Of a DNA stretch of 32,000 bases, positions 23,507-31,907 are shown piece after piece. Location: contig NZ_LT934425.1 in the NCBI RefSeq assembly GCF_900232105.1, positions 2,670,001 through 2,702,000 on the forward strand, read 5' to 3'. Position numbers and translations under genes: made by a program. The notes under the pieces were generated by a model. That model was not told the origin of the DNA. It saw only the letters and a list, made by a program, of their open reading frames with translations, and made no database searches. Each line of letters starts with the position of its first letter. The stretch's first letter is position 1. Origin of the DNA: Candidatus Kuenenia stuttgartensis (lineage in GTDB: Bacteria; Planctomycetota; Brocadiia; Brocadiales; Brocadiaceae).

Positions 23507-26041
23507 CTACTGCCTTTTTGTCTTTGAAACAGAAGGTACATAGGATTTTTCATTTGTCAGATGGAGAAACCTTTCCTGTTCCTCCTTAATGATGATTGTT
23601 GGTTTTAGCAAGATGATGAGATTCGATTTATTTCGTGTTTTCTGATCACGGGTAAACAGTCTTTTAATGATGGGTATTTTGGATAATACCGGAACTCCGC
23701 TTGTCTCATCCTTATTACTGAGAGAACCCAGTCCACCAATCATGAGTGTGCCTTTATCCGGCACATATACGGTCACAGACACCTGAGAGACATTTAACCT
23801 GGGAAGCTGTATTGTCTGTTCTGGAGGTATGTAAGTGGTGCCGTCGCCTCCACCAACACTCACCCCTTCTGATAATCCGCTAAACGTAAAGGATTCTATT
23901 TCTTCAATAGCAAAGACAGAAGGGGTTACTTCCAGGTAGACAAATTTTCTGTCAGCGCTTACGATAGGCCTTACGTCAAACGTTGTGCCTTCCGGCACTG
24001 TGCCGATAACCGGAGTGACTATCCCGTCTTCAACCGTGGTGCTCTGAATGTAATTTCTGGTTTGCAGTACGGCGATATTCCCGCGCTGCGTGTTTGAAAG
24101 CGTTATTCGCGGCGAGGTGAGCACTTCCGACCCTTTACTTTCCTGCACCGCCTTCAAAAAACCTTTTAATGCAGAATTTCCGAATATGGCAAAGTTGAGG
24201 TCAATACCACTGCCTAAGTCTCCCGCAATATCAGCTGCACCTGTACTGACGGATGTATTATCACTGAAAAACCGGGTTATATCTGTACCGATATCCTCTA
24301 AAAACTCATCCGTTACGGTAATAAAACGCGCCTCTATATTTACCTGCAGATTTTGAGAGGTTCTGAGCGACGCCAGCACGTCTTCAATTTGTTTATGAAT
24401 GAACGTTGTGTTCACTACTACCAAATCTCCAGGTTGCCCCATTCGGGCGGTGATGCTCCCTTCTCCCTGCCCGCTTGTCCGGATGCTTCGTTGTACTCCG
24501 GTAGTAGGATTTCCAATAATTCCGGCATTGGCAGACCATGAAGAAGGTTCGATTGCTGTAACAAGCATCTCTATTAAATCCAATACTCTTTCAGAAGGGT
24601 CTCTTACCCTGGCAGACTCACCCCTTGTCATGCTTAACTGGCTGGATGTTGCGGCAGTGATATCGAATTCAAGGGGTTCTTTATCGTCGAGGTTGATTAA
24701 TATGTCCCTTACATCATAAACCCGCAGCTCCATTTTCTGTTTGTATATATGCAATATGTCGCCTTCAACGAGATACTCATATCCTTTCGGAAGCAAGTAG
24801 TTCAACGCGGTTTTTACAGACACTTCGTTTAATCTTAACGTAATGGGAACATCCCCCGTATCTGCGTCAAATACCATATTTATGTTTGTTTTTTCCCGAA
24901 TGAATGCAATGACGTCCTCTAATGATGTATCAATAAATTCAAAGGAAATAATGGTGTTTAAGGCGTCTTCAATTTTTTGTGAAAATTGTATTTCTGTGGG
25001 ATTTGGTATTGTTCTCAGGAGTTCAGTCCTGGCCTTGTTTTCCTTTACCGATGCCGATAATTCAGGGAGTTTGCGGTTTGAAATACCGTCCCACTGTTTT
25101 TGATCCGGGAAACGAATAATATCCTGGTAGGGAACAGATGATTCCTTGAGATATTCCTTGCTTCGTAGTTTTTCCTGCGAATAGATTGCTTTAAGATTTT
25201 CATAATTCGATTTGTGCTTTGTTATATTTACCTTTTCTTTGTAATACAAAGCTTCTTCATTGTAAGGTTCTATTTCATCGAGTTCTTGTTCCAGATGCCT
25301 TCTGTTTTCTATAGAACCTAAAGCATATTGTTTCTGTCCGGTAATCATATCTCCGGAAAATGTTTCGGCAATTTCCAGGGTTTCTTCATAGGGCATTTGC
25401 AATAGTTCCTTATTTTTGGCAGCAGCGGAAACAGTTTGTGTGGAAGTGGTTTCACCTTCTTTATTAAGCAATTCAGGACGTTCGTTTTTGACGCTTCTGT
25501 CTATCGCTTCTTCTGCGTTTCTCTTTGTGACTAAAGGGTCTTTTTTCTCCGGCGTCACAGCGGGTGCTTTTTGTTTTATTTCCATCAGCCTCTTTTTAAA
25601 GTACAAGGCTCTTTTATTGTCAGGTTCTGTTTCAAGCACCTGTTCTATCAGTGCTGTAGCGTCATCGTAGCGGTTGTTTTCTGCCGCAGCACGTGCTAGT
25701 TTCAACAATTCTGATGTATCAATTGTTTTTGCAGGAACGGATGTTGCCGCCTTCGTTGTTTCGGGCAAGACGGCATCTTCTTTGAGGCGCGAAATGGCTT
25801 CATTTTTAAGTGCTAGCGCTTCCGCGTTACCGGGGTCTAATAAAATAGCGAGCGTCAGTTCATTAACAGCCCTTTGATAATTATTTAATTCAAGGTGTTT
25901 TTTTGCGGATTTAAGATAGTAATTGTCTGTGAGAGATGAATTATTTTCAGCGCTATCGTTATCTTGCGACCATGTTTTATATGTGCCAAGGGGCAAAAAA
26001 AACAAAAGGGCAAAAGTGGTAAACACAAATACACTTTTCAT
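23507..26041 (-). CDS. secretin (PilQ/GspD family) with N-terminal TPR repeats
   Basis: Signal peptide; TPR-like helices (YQRAVNELTLAILLDPGNAEAL, YDDATALIEQVLETEPDNKRAL); N-domain (SFEFIDTSLEDVIAFIREKTNINMVFD...VTLRLNEVSVKTALNYLL); secretin C-terminus GVPVLSKIPIIKRLFTRD...LIILLKPTII. AAGGAG RBS 7 nt upstream of the ATG. Confidence 0.9.
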   Translation of the reverse strand: MKSVFVFTTFALLFFLPLGTYKTWSQDNDSAENNSSLTDNYYLKSAKKHLELNNYQRAVNELTLAILLDPGNAEALALKNEAISRLKEDAVLPETTKAATSVPAKTIDTSELLKLARAAAENNRYDDATALIEQVLETEPDNKRALYFKKRLMEIKQKAPAVTPEKKDPLVTKRNAEEAIDRSVKNERPELLNKEGETTSTQTVSAAAKNKELLQMPYEETLEIAETFSGDMITGQKQYALGSIENRRHLEQELDEIEPYNEEALYYKEKVNITKHKSNYENLKAIYSQEKLRSKEYLKESSVPYQDIIRFPDQKQWDGISNRKLPELSASVKENKARTELLRTIPNPTEIQFSQKIEDALNTIISFEFIDTSLEDVIAFIREKTNINMVFDADTGDVPITLRLNEVSVKTALNYLLPKGYEYLVEGDILHIYKQKMELRVYDVRDILINLDDKEPLEFDITAATSSQLSMTRGESARVRDPSERVLDLIEMLVTAIEPSSWSANAGIIGNPTTGVQRSIRTSGQGEGSITARMGQPGDLVVVNTTFIHKQIEDVLASLRTSQNLQVNIEARFITVTDEFLEDIGTDITRFFSDNTSVSTGAADIAGDLGSGIDLNFAIFGNSALKGFLKAVQESKGSEVLTSPRITLSNTQRGNIAVLQTRNYIQSTTVEDGIVTPVIGTVPEGTTFDVRPIVSADRKFVYLEVTPSVFAIEEIESFTFSGLSEGVSVGGGDGTTYIPPEQTIQLPRLNVSQVSVTVYVPDKGTLMIGGLGSLSNKDETSGVPVLSKIPIIKRLFTRDQKTRNKSNLIILLKPTIIIKEEQERFLHLTNEKSYVPSVSKTKRQ

Positions 26042-26106
26042 GTAGTTTCTCCTTTACCAGCGTGATGTATATGGGATTTTATTCTTTGACAACACTTAAG
26101 TTTTTT

Positions 26107-26151
26107 GAAAAAACAAAAACGCTAGTTCCCAGGCTCCAGCCTGGGAACGAG
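26107..26151 (-). terminator. intrinsic-terminator-like hairpin (short member of the gttcccagg family) between the 264-aa gene and the secretin gene
   Basis: On the minus strand the hairpin GUUCCCAGGC-UGGA-GCCUGGGAAC is followed by UAGCGUUUUUGUUUUUUC. It lies 43 nt after the upstream stop. Confidence 0.5.
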
Positions 26152-26191
26152 ATCAAACCTGTTTCTCCTGTTGTACTCAATTAATTGCCAG

Positions 26192-26977
26192 TCATTGTAT
26201 TTCAGAAAAACCGGTTGATACCGTTTCTGTCCCTAAATTTATCAATTCTCCCGCCCAAAGGTTGTACAGTTCTCCGTCCCTGTTTTTAAATAAGATACTG
26301 GATGATGTAATCATATGCGGTTCTTCCATAATGGTTGTTCCTACAAATTCGCCTTTTTCATTTTGTTGAAGAATGCGTCTTTTTATGATAATCGGTTTTT
26401 GAGCGGAGGGGATAATTTCCACAAGTTTGCAACGGGTATCAAAAGGTATAGTTTCTTTCCCGATGATCCTCTTTTCACCGATAGACATTCCTTTTGAAAC
26501 AGTAAAGCTGCTTTCTTTCCAAACATCCCGATATAATTTTCTCACCTGAATCAAGGCGAGGTCTTCTGTGCCGCCTTTATAAATAAATTCCGTATCACCT
26601 TTTTCCGTTACCGTCAGACGGGAAGCGTCCTGATAGCGTCTCTTTTTTAGCAAATCCCTGAGAGTAATACCTTCACGGCGGTCTTTTATTGATGGAGTAA
26701 AAACAAACGCCCGTTCCAATATTTTTGGCTGGGGAGGCGTGGTAAAGCGTAATTCCATTTCCCGCGCGTTTGTTAATGATATTTCTACTTCAGGCGGTTT
26801 GCTTGTCAAAGGTTTTCTTTCAATTGCTTCGGATGACGCTTCCAAAGATGATACCATTTTGTGTGTTTTTGCATTCAACAGAACAAATGTGTGAAACATC
26901 GTATAAGAAAGACAAAACACCATGATGCCTGCAATACATTTTCCGCTATGTTTAATCTGTAAATTTCTTATATCCAT
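26192..26977 (-). CDS. hypothetical single-TM protein in the PilP position of the pilus cluster
   Basis: One N-terminal TM (CIAGIMVFCLSYTMFHTFVLL) then a beta-rich soluble part. The assignment rests on gene order only. The listed start 26986 is TTG; ATG 26977 is more likely. Confidence 0.5.
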   Translation of the reverse strand: MDIRNLQIKHSGKCIAGIMVFCLSYTMFHTFVLLNAKTHKMVSSLEASSEAIERKPLTSKPPEVEISLTNAREMELRFTTPPQPKILERAFVFTPSIKDRREGITLRDLLKKRRYQDASRLTVTEKGDTEFIYKGGTEDLALIQVRKLYRDVWKESSFTVSKGMSIGEKRIIGKETIPFDTRCKLVEIIPSAQKPIIIKRRILQQNEKGEFVGTTIMEEPHMITSSSILFKNRDGELYNLWAGELINLGTETVSTGFSEIQ

Positions 26978-27001
26978 CGTACTCAAAAAAATGTTTGCTC
27001 T

Positions 27002-27907
27002 TTATGTTTTAAAGTCAATCACATATGCATCAATAAGAATAGAAATTGTTGGCATTGCCGCTAAAGTATCCTGATTTTCTATCGGATTGCCGTCGTTTTT
27101 TCTGTAATTTATGCCGACTGTTTTTTTGCCGGTGCTTTCAATGTTTATATTTTCAATAACAAATGGAATACTGGCAGTGAGGAGATCATTCAATAAAAAT
27201 GGTAAACGTTCTGCTTCAAGCGCTAATGAAATAGTTAAGGGGATGGTGGAATAAATCGGCAGGTGGGTATCGTCTTTGTTGTTAGGCGCAGTTTTGAAAG
27301 AGATTTTTTCCAGATTTATTACGCCCGTATTTTTAAGAAGTGCGTTGACCAGCGCTTCAAGTATCCAGAATCTTTTTTGTTCGGGCAGGATTTCATCCCA
27401 TGTAGGAATAGTGGTTCCCCAATCATAAAATGGCAAGGCGGATCCATGAAAGCCGATAGTGCTTTCTTCTAATTTTGCAAATAACCGGGAAACCTTTTTT
27501 AAATATTCCTGTCTCCATAAGGCTTCATCTTCAATCTTTACTATTCCCTTTCCTGGAATGTTCTTTAAGAAAAATGTTTCCAATTGACTATCCATACGAT
27601 GTATCAGGGCGCGGCATTTTTCAATTTCCTCATTATATTTATCCGTCTCTGCCTCTTTTGCCTGTATCCATTTGCTATTGTACGTAATTTTTGACAGGGC
27701 ATACCTCTCAAGCATGGATGACATATTTTCCAGGTCGTGGTGAATAGTAGCGTGTTGTTTTAAAAGAGAGTAGTTGAAAACAAAAAGAACAATTACCATC
27801 GCAAGAAAAACAGCGCCAATAATTGTCCAGAAATTGTACAGGGATGAAAGAACGCTTTCCGTATGTTTTTCACCTTTTGCAAGATTGTCGTTTATGCCGG
27901 AATCCAT
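27002..27907 (-). CDS. single-TM coiled-coil protein in the PilO position; possibly Amuc_1100-family pilus-like protein
   Basis: TM (FWTIIGAVFLAMVIVLFVF), a helical region, then a C-terminal segment IPLTISLALEAERLPFLLNDLL...FVIENINIES...ISILIDAYVIDF. That segment resembles the PilO/GspM ferredoxin-like module and my recollection of Akkermansia Amuc_1100. Confidence 0.5.
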   Translation of the reverse strand: MDSGINDNLAKGEKHTESVLSSLYNFWTIIGAVFLAMVIVLFVFNYSLLKQHATIHHDLENMSSMLERYALSKITYNSKWIQAKEAETDKYNEEIEKCRALIHRMDSQLETFFLKNIPGKGIVKIEDEALWRQEYLKKVSRLFAKLEESTIGFHGSALPFYDWGTTIPTWDEILPEQKRFWILEALVNALLKNTGVINLEKISFKTAPNNKDDTHLPIYSTIPLTISLALEAERLPFLLNDLLTASIPFVIENINIESTGKKTVGINYRKNDGNPIENQDTLAAMPTISILIDAYVIDFKT

Positions 27908-27999
27908 ACAATATTTTTCACGTTTAATTGTTTAGCAGTTATTATTTACCAATACAGCTACATTTTATTCTTACGTCCTGCACAAAAATCGGCACGGCA

Positions 28000-28019
28000 T
28001 TAACCCTGACAGGGTTGTT
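28000..28019. repeat. hairpin repeat ttaaccctgacagggttgtt (copy b)
   Basis: 20/20 identical to 10199-10218. Confidence 0.8.
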
Positions 28020-28037
28020 CTTTCATTTTTCAAGGGT

Positions 28038-28060
28038 TAGGCAGATTTGAAACCTGCCTA
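28038..28060. repeat. hairpin taggcag-atttgaaac-ctgccta
   Basis: 7-bp stem. Part of the repeat cluster in the 377-bp intercistronic gap. Confidence 0.5.
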
Positions 28061-28140
28061 TATCAAAAAATTGCTGCAGCATCTGAAATAAAAACGTCGC
28101 AGTAGCGATACTTTGTAACAGTTTGGATTTTAGAAAAAGC

Positions 28141-28208
28141 AAAAATGCTCGTTCCCAGGTAGCGACAAGGCATGCCTTGTCGCTACCTGGGAACGAGCGG
28201 TTTTTTTT
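28141..28208. terminator. 52-nt perfect palindrome (gttcccagg family, copy b) with U tracts on both strands; bidirectional terminator-like
   Basis: 28147-28198 gctcgttcccaggtagcgacaaggcatgccttgtcgctacctgggaacgagc has 26-bp perfect arms. The plus strand is followed by ggtttttttt. The minus strand is followed by atttttgcttttt. It lies 87 nt downstream of the PilM-PilN stop. Confidence 0.6.
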
Positions 28209-28250
28209 ATAGAACTAAAGTATTACGATACTTTTGATTCCGCCTTTTTA

Positions 28251-28284
28251 CAATTTACGATTCAAAATCCCAAATCGTAAATTG
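28251..28284 (-). other. hairpin abutting the PilM-PilN stop codon (caatttacgatt-N10-aatcgtaaattg)
   Basis: 12-bp perfect AT-rich stem. Its right arm ends at 28284 and the stop codon is 28285-28287. Confidence 0.55.
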
Positions 28285-30018
28285 TTACATTTTTTCCGAT
28301 TCTGCGATAATTTCTTCCTGTGATTTTACCAGCCATCGTATTTCAAAGCTGATGCACTCTGTTGCTTCGGCTTCAGAATATACCTGACGGCAGGAGTTGG
28401 GGACAAGTTCTACATTTTTAAATGCCGCGATTTTTTGTCCGGAAAGCGTTAGATTCTTAATCGGTTGTAAAACATGCTCTTCGATATAACGTATGCCAGG
28501 TTCTCTGCTTTCTCCTCTTATGCCCATAAGAAGACATTTTTTCACGATACTATCCTTTTGATTTTTCTTCGCTTTGCCTTCGCCGATATTTAACGCATCA
28601 GGGTCTATCCAGGAAGATTGCAGGGAGTTTATCGAGACATTGTCTGGAATTGACGCCAGTAATTTTTCCGTTGATTCAATCCAAAAAAATCGCGCGGGGT
28701 CTATGGATGATATAAATTCCAGTTCGGACTTTTTTTCATTGAAGATTTTATCAGCGTTCTTATAAGTGTTTTCAAGGTTTTTCACATTTTGCAGCATCGC
28801 CTGGTGATAATTGCGTGCGTTGTTAAGTTTGGAAATATGGGTGCGAAGCCCAATGTATTGAATGGCTATTAACAGCGCAAAACATCCAAGGGCTACGACT
28901 GCATAGGGTTTCATTTTTGCAATTTGTGCGGCTAGTATTCGCTCTTTAGGCAGTAAATTAATCGCTGTTTTTCCCAGTCCGATGCCTTGAATGGCTAGCC
29001 CCAGCGCAACACTTAATGAAGCACAATTACCGGAGAAAAGGGCTTGATCAACTGTGCGGGAAATTCTTATGTTATTTAAAGTATTTAATAATTCAACCTT
29101 ATAGGTGAAATTGTCCTGAATGGTTTTTTGTAATAACGGATCATTTGATTTATTCCCGACGAACAGGAGTTTTTCGAAATGGACAGTGTCTGTGCTTTTG
29201 CTCAAGGATTTATAATATTCCATAGACCGTTGTATTTCTTTTACAAAATCTGCATTTACCTCATGTAATGGAATAGTTCTCAGCCAGAAGTGCGCGTGAT
29301 CAATAATGATAAGGTCGGTATTTTCTTCCTCTCTGTTGACGATGATGGTTGGGCCTTCCACGTGTTGATCGAAAAGAACCAGATTATATATTGCTAACGG
29401 TGAACTAAGTATGCCGGTCAGGTTGAACTCCGGGAAAGAGATATTGTTTATAATGGAATCAAGTGTTTCCCGTTTTGACGCAAAAAATCCAATTTCGATG
29501 CCTTCTTCATTTGGAGTTCGCCCGGATAATCGATGATAATCCCACACAACGTCTTTAAGGTCGAACGGTATCTGCTGTTGTGCTTCAAAAGAAACAAGGC
29601 TTTTTAATTGCTTTTTGCTCACTAAAGGAATAGTGCTGAATCTTGACAAGGCAAGCTGTCCGGGAACGGAGACCACGACGTCCGTTTTTTTACTGAAAGT
29701 ATGCTTTGACAGAAAGATTTTAATTGCATCTCTGATGTGATGGGATTCCAGTAATTTTGTATTTGGCAGGGCAGCAGGGTACTCAATGATATCAAAGTCC
29801 ACAACGGTTACTTCATTATTTTTTTTAATAATCTTTACTGCCTTTAATGCATTGTTACCAATATCAAGCCCCAATACTGTTTTTATATTGTGCTGTTTAA
29901 AGAGGGAGGGCCTTTTTTGCAAAGCAGGTTTACACGTATCAGCGTGTTTTCGTGATTTCAATAAATGCATCATTTTCATATTGCCCGGTAAAAACCTCGT
30001 TTTTGCGCTTTTTTTCAT
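28285..30018 (-). CDS. fused PilM-PilN type IV pilus assembly protein (actin-like ATPase fold + TM + PilN-like periplasmic part)
   Basis: PilM motifs: VLGLDIGNNALKAVKI, VSVPGQLALSRFSTIPLVSKKQLKSLVSFEAQQQIPFDLKDVVWDYH, LSVALGLAIQG. These are followed directly by the PilN hallmark INLLPKER plus a TM (YAVVALGCFALLIAIQYIGL) and a ~190-aa tail. The start is uncertain: TTG 30084 overlaps miaA, and ATG 30018 and 29979 are alternatives. Confidence 0.82.
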   Translation of the reverse strand: MKKSAKTRFLPGNMKMMHLLKSRKHADTCKPALQKRPSLFKQHNIKTVLGLDIGNNALKAVKIIKKNNEVTVVDFDIIEYPAALPNTKLLESHHIRDAIKIFLSKHTFSKKTDVVVSVPGQLALSRFSTIPLVSKKQLKSLVSFEAQQQIPFDLKDVVWDYHRLSGRTPNEEGIEIGFFASKRETLDSIINNISFPEFNLTGILSSPLAIYNLVLFDQHVEGPTIIVNREEENTDLIIIDHAHFWLRTIPLHEVNADFVKEIQRSMEYYKSLSKSTDTVHFEKLLFVGNKSNDPLLQKTIQDNFTYKVELLNTLNNIRISRTVDQALFSGNCASLSVALGLAIQGIGLGKTAINLLPKERILAAQIAKMKPYAVVALGCFALLIAIQYIGLRTHISKLNNARNYHQAMLQNVKNLENTYKNADKIFNEKKSELEFISSIDPARFFWIESTEKLLASIPDNVSINSLQSSWIDPDALNIGEGKAKKNQKDSIVKKCLLMGIRGESREPGIRYIEEHVLQPIKNLTLSGQKIAAFKNVELVPNSCRQVYSEAEATECISFEIRWLVKSQEEIIAESEKM

Positions 30019-30073
30019 TGTGGACTCGGTGTGCTTTGTGAGTACAATCTTCAAAAAGATATTTTTTGTCTTT

Positions 30074-31057
30074 TCAGCAAGCAAGCGTTTTCTTCAGTGC
30101 AGGATTTTTCAGAGCAAAGTAATCCAGGATGTTTTCTGCAAGGGAATCGGCATTTTCAGGTGAATCTGCCGTGACCCAGTGAATATCGGAGAAACTTCTA
30201 AACCAGGTCATTTGCCTTTTTGCTAACCGGCGCGTGCCTTGTTTGATTGCATTGACTGCATCCGGAAGCAAATAATTCCCTTTCAGTAAATCAATAACCT
30301 CCTTGTATCCAAGCGCTTGAGAAGCTTGTTTACTTAATCCCAGGGGGTTACTTATCAAAGCTTTCACTTCATCAATAAGACCCCGCGAAAACATATCATC
30401 CACGCGCGATTCTATACGCCGGTACAATTCTTTGCGATCATGCATAATCGCAACAACAATGCAATGGTACTTCGGATTTTTATTCCCAAACTGGGTTTGG
30501 TAAGAAGAAATGCTTATCCCCGTTTGTTGAAAAACCTCAAGCGCCCTGATTATCCTTCTCTGATCATTGGAGTGTAACCGGCTGGCGGTCTTTGGATCAA
30601 TTGTTTCAAGCATATGGTATAAAGACTCTGTTCCTTGTTCTTTTGCGATTGTTTTTAACCGGTTCCGATATTCCCAATTTGCCGGAGGACCGTCAAATAA
30701 ACCATCCATGATCGCTTTAAGATAAAGCGCCGTGCCGCCGACAACAATAAAGGGTTTTTCCTGTTCATAAAGATTATTCGTGATGATTTCAAAGTCTTTT
30801 ATATAATTTCCCACACTGTATTCTTCCCACGGTTCCCTAATATCTATTAAATAATGGGGAATTTTGGTTCTTGTCTCAGCGCATGGCTTTTCCGTCCCAA
30901 TATCCATGCCACGATAAATTAGCATAGAGTCGGCGGAAACAATCTCTGCCCCGGTTTTTTCAGCTATTTTCAGGGCTATTTGCGATTTTCCACTGGCAGT
31001 GGGGCCGGTTAGTATGCAGATTGTATGTGACATAAAATTTTTATTTTCTGTTATCAA
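30074..31057 (-). CDS. miaA: tRNA dimethylallyltransferase
   Basis: P-loop LTGPTASGKS, IPHYLIDI, and typical MiaA length and C-terminal RRLAKRQMTWFR. Confidence 0.93.
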   Translation of the reverse strand: MITENKNFMSHTICILTGPTASGKSQIALKIAEKTGAEIVSADSMLIYRGMDIGTEKPCAETRTKIPHYLIDIREPWEEYSVGNYIKDFEIITNNLYEQEKPFIVVGGTALYLKAIMDGLFDGPPANWEYRNRLKTIAKEQGTESLYHMLETIDPKTASRLHSNDQRRIIRALEVFQQTGISISSYQTQFGNKNPKYHCIVVAIMHDRKELYRRIESRVDDMFSRGLIDEVKALISNPLGLSKQASQALGYKEVIDLLKGNYLLPDAVNAIKQGTRRLAKRQMTWFRSFSDIHWVTADSPENADSLAENILDYFALKNPALKKTLAC

Positions 31058-31373
31058 AAGCCAGGATGTTTTTATTATATTTTTTAGGGGACAGCCGTAA
31101 CAGCATTATACAAAATGATTTATAATAAGCAAAATAAATGTAATTCCGGCTTGTTCCCAAAATTCGTTCTTCTAGTTCCTACGCCCTGCGTCACATCAAA
31201 GTAAAGGCCATCGAATAATATGAAGCCTGTGCCACCAGACATAAAGCGTCTTGAATTCACACCTCTCCCACGGTAATTAATCAACTTGGGTACTTTCTGA
31301 CAAAAAAAACACTTTAAGAGTTCTGACATTAAGAGCAATAACCGAATAAAGTTGCTACCAAACCCAGCCTAAT

Positions 31374-31907
31374 TTAAAATTCCGTACCCTTTGCCATTTT
31401 TGCATTGTCTGATCCTCTGTTTTTCTTTAACGGGTCAAAAAAATTGTTTGAGGTAATTGCTGCTACATTTTGCATTCCATTTCCCATTACCGTTGCTATT
31501 TTCGAGGTGCAAACCATTTCGCATGCCGGCATGGAGCATAAATTGAGGATGCCGAAGATGATCGCACCACAGAGGATAGTCCCTTTAACAAATCCTAATA
31601 CCGCGCACAATACATTATACCAACCGCCCATTTTCAAATTGTCGACCATGTTTTTGGGAAAATCTGAAATAATTGTGGTTATAAGCGCTGCAAGGCCGAA
31701 CAGGATGAAATAACTCAATACATTGTGCAATGAAACCGAAAACACATTGCAGAAGATGTTGCTTATGACTGCATGGTAAAAAAGCGCCACACAAAAAGAG
31801 AGAAACAAACTACAGATTCTAAGAATTTGGCATATTGGTCCGTCAACAAAGCCAAAAATCACTGAAATACAAAGGACTACAGATAGTATTATATCAATCC
31901 AATTCAT
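31374..31907 (-). CDS. cvpA: CvpA-family membrane protein (colicin V production protein-like)
   Basis: The N-terminus MNWIDIILSVVLCISVIFGFVDG and the 4-TM layout are typical of CvpA. Confidence 0.7.
   Translation of the reverse strand: MNWIDIILSVVLCISVIFGFVDGPICQILRICSLFLSFCVALFYHAVISNIFCNVFSVSLHNVLSYFILFGLAALITTIISDFPKNMVDNLKMGGWYNVLCAVLGFVKGTILCGAIIFGILNLCSMPACEMVCTSKIATVMGNGMQNVAAITSNNFFDPLKKNRGSDNAKMAKGTEF

Noticed and set aside
31215-31245. Minus-strand TGGCACAGGCTTCAT as a sigma54 -24/-12 element upstream of miaA
   Set aside because: The -12 position reads TCAT and lacks the near-invariant GC. The match is to half of the motif only.
31120-31338. 72-aa ORF between cvpA and miaA
   Set aside because: No recognisable motif and an odd composition. 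It lies in a 316-nt intergenic region and there is no supporting signal. Left unannotated.
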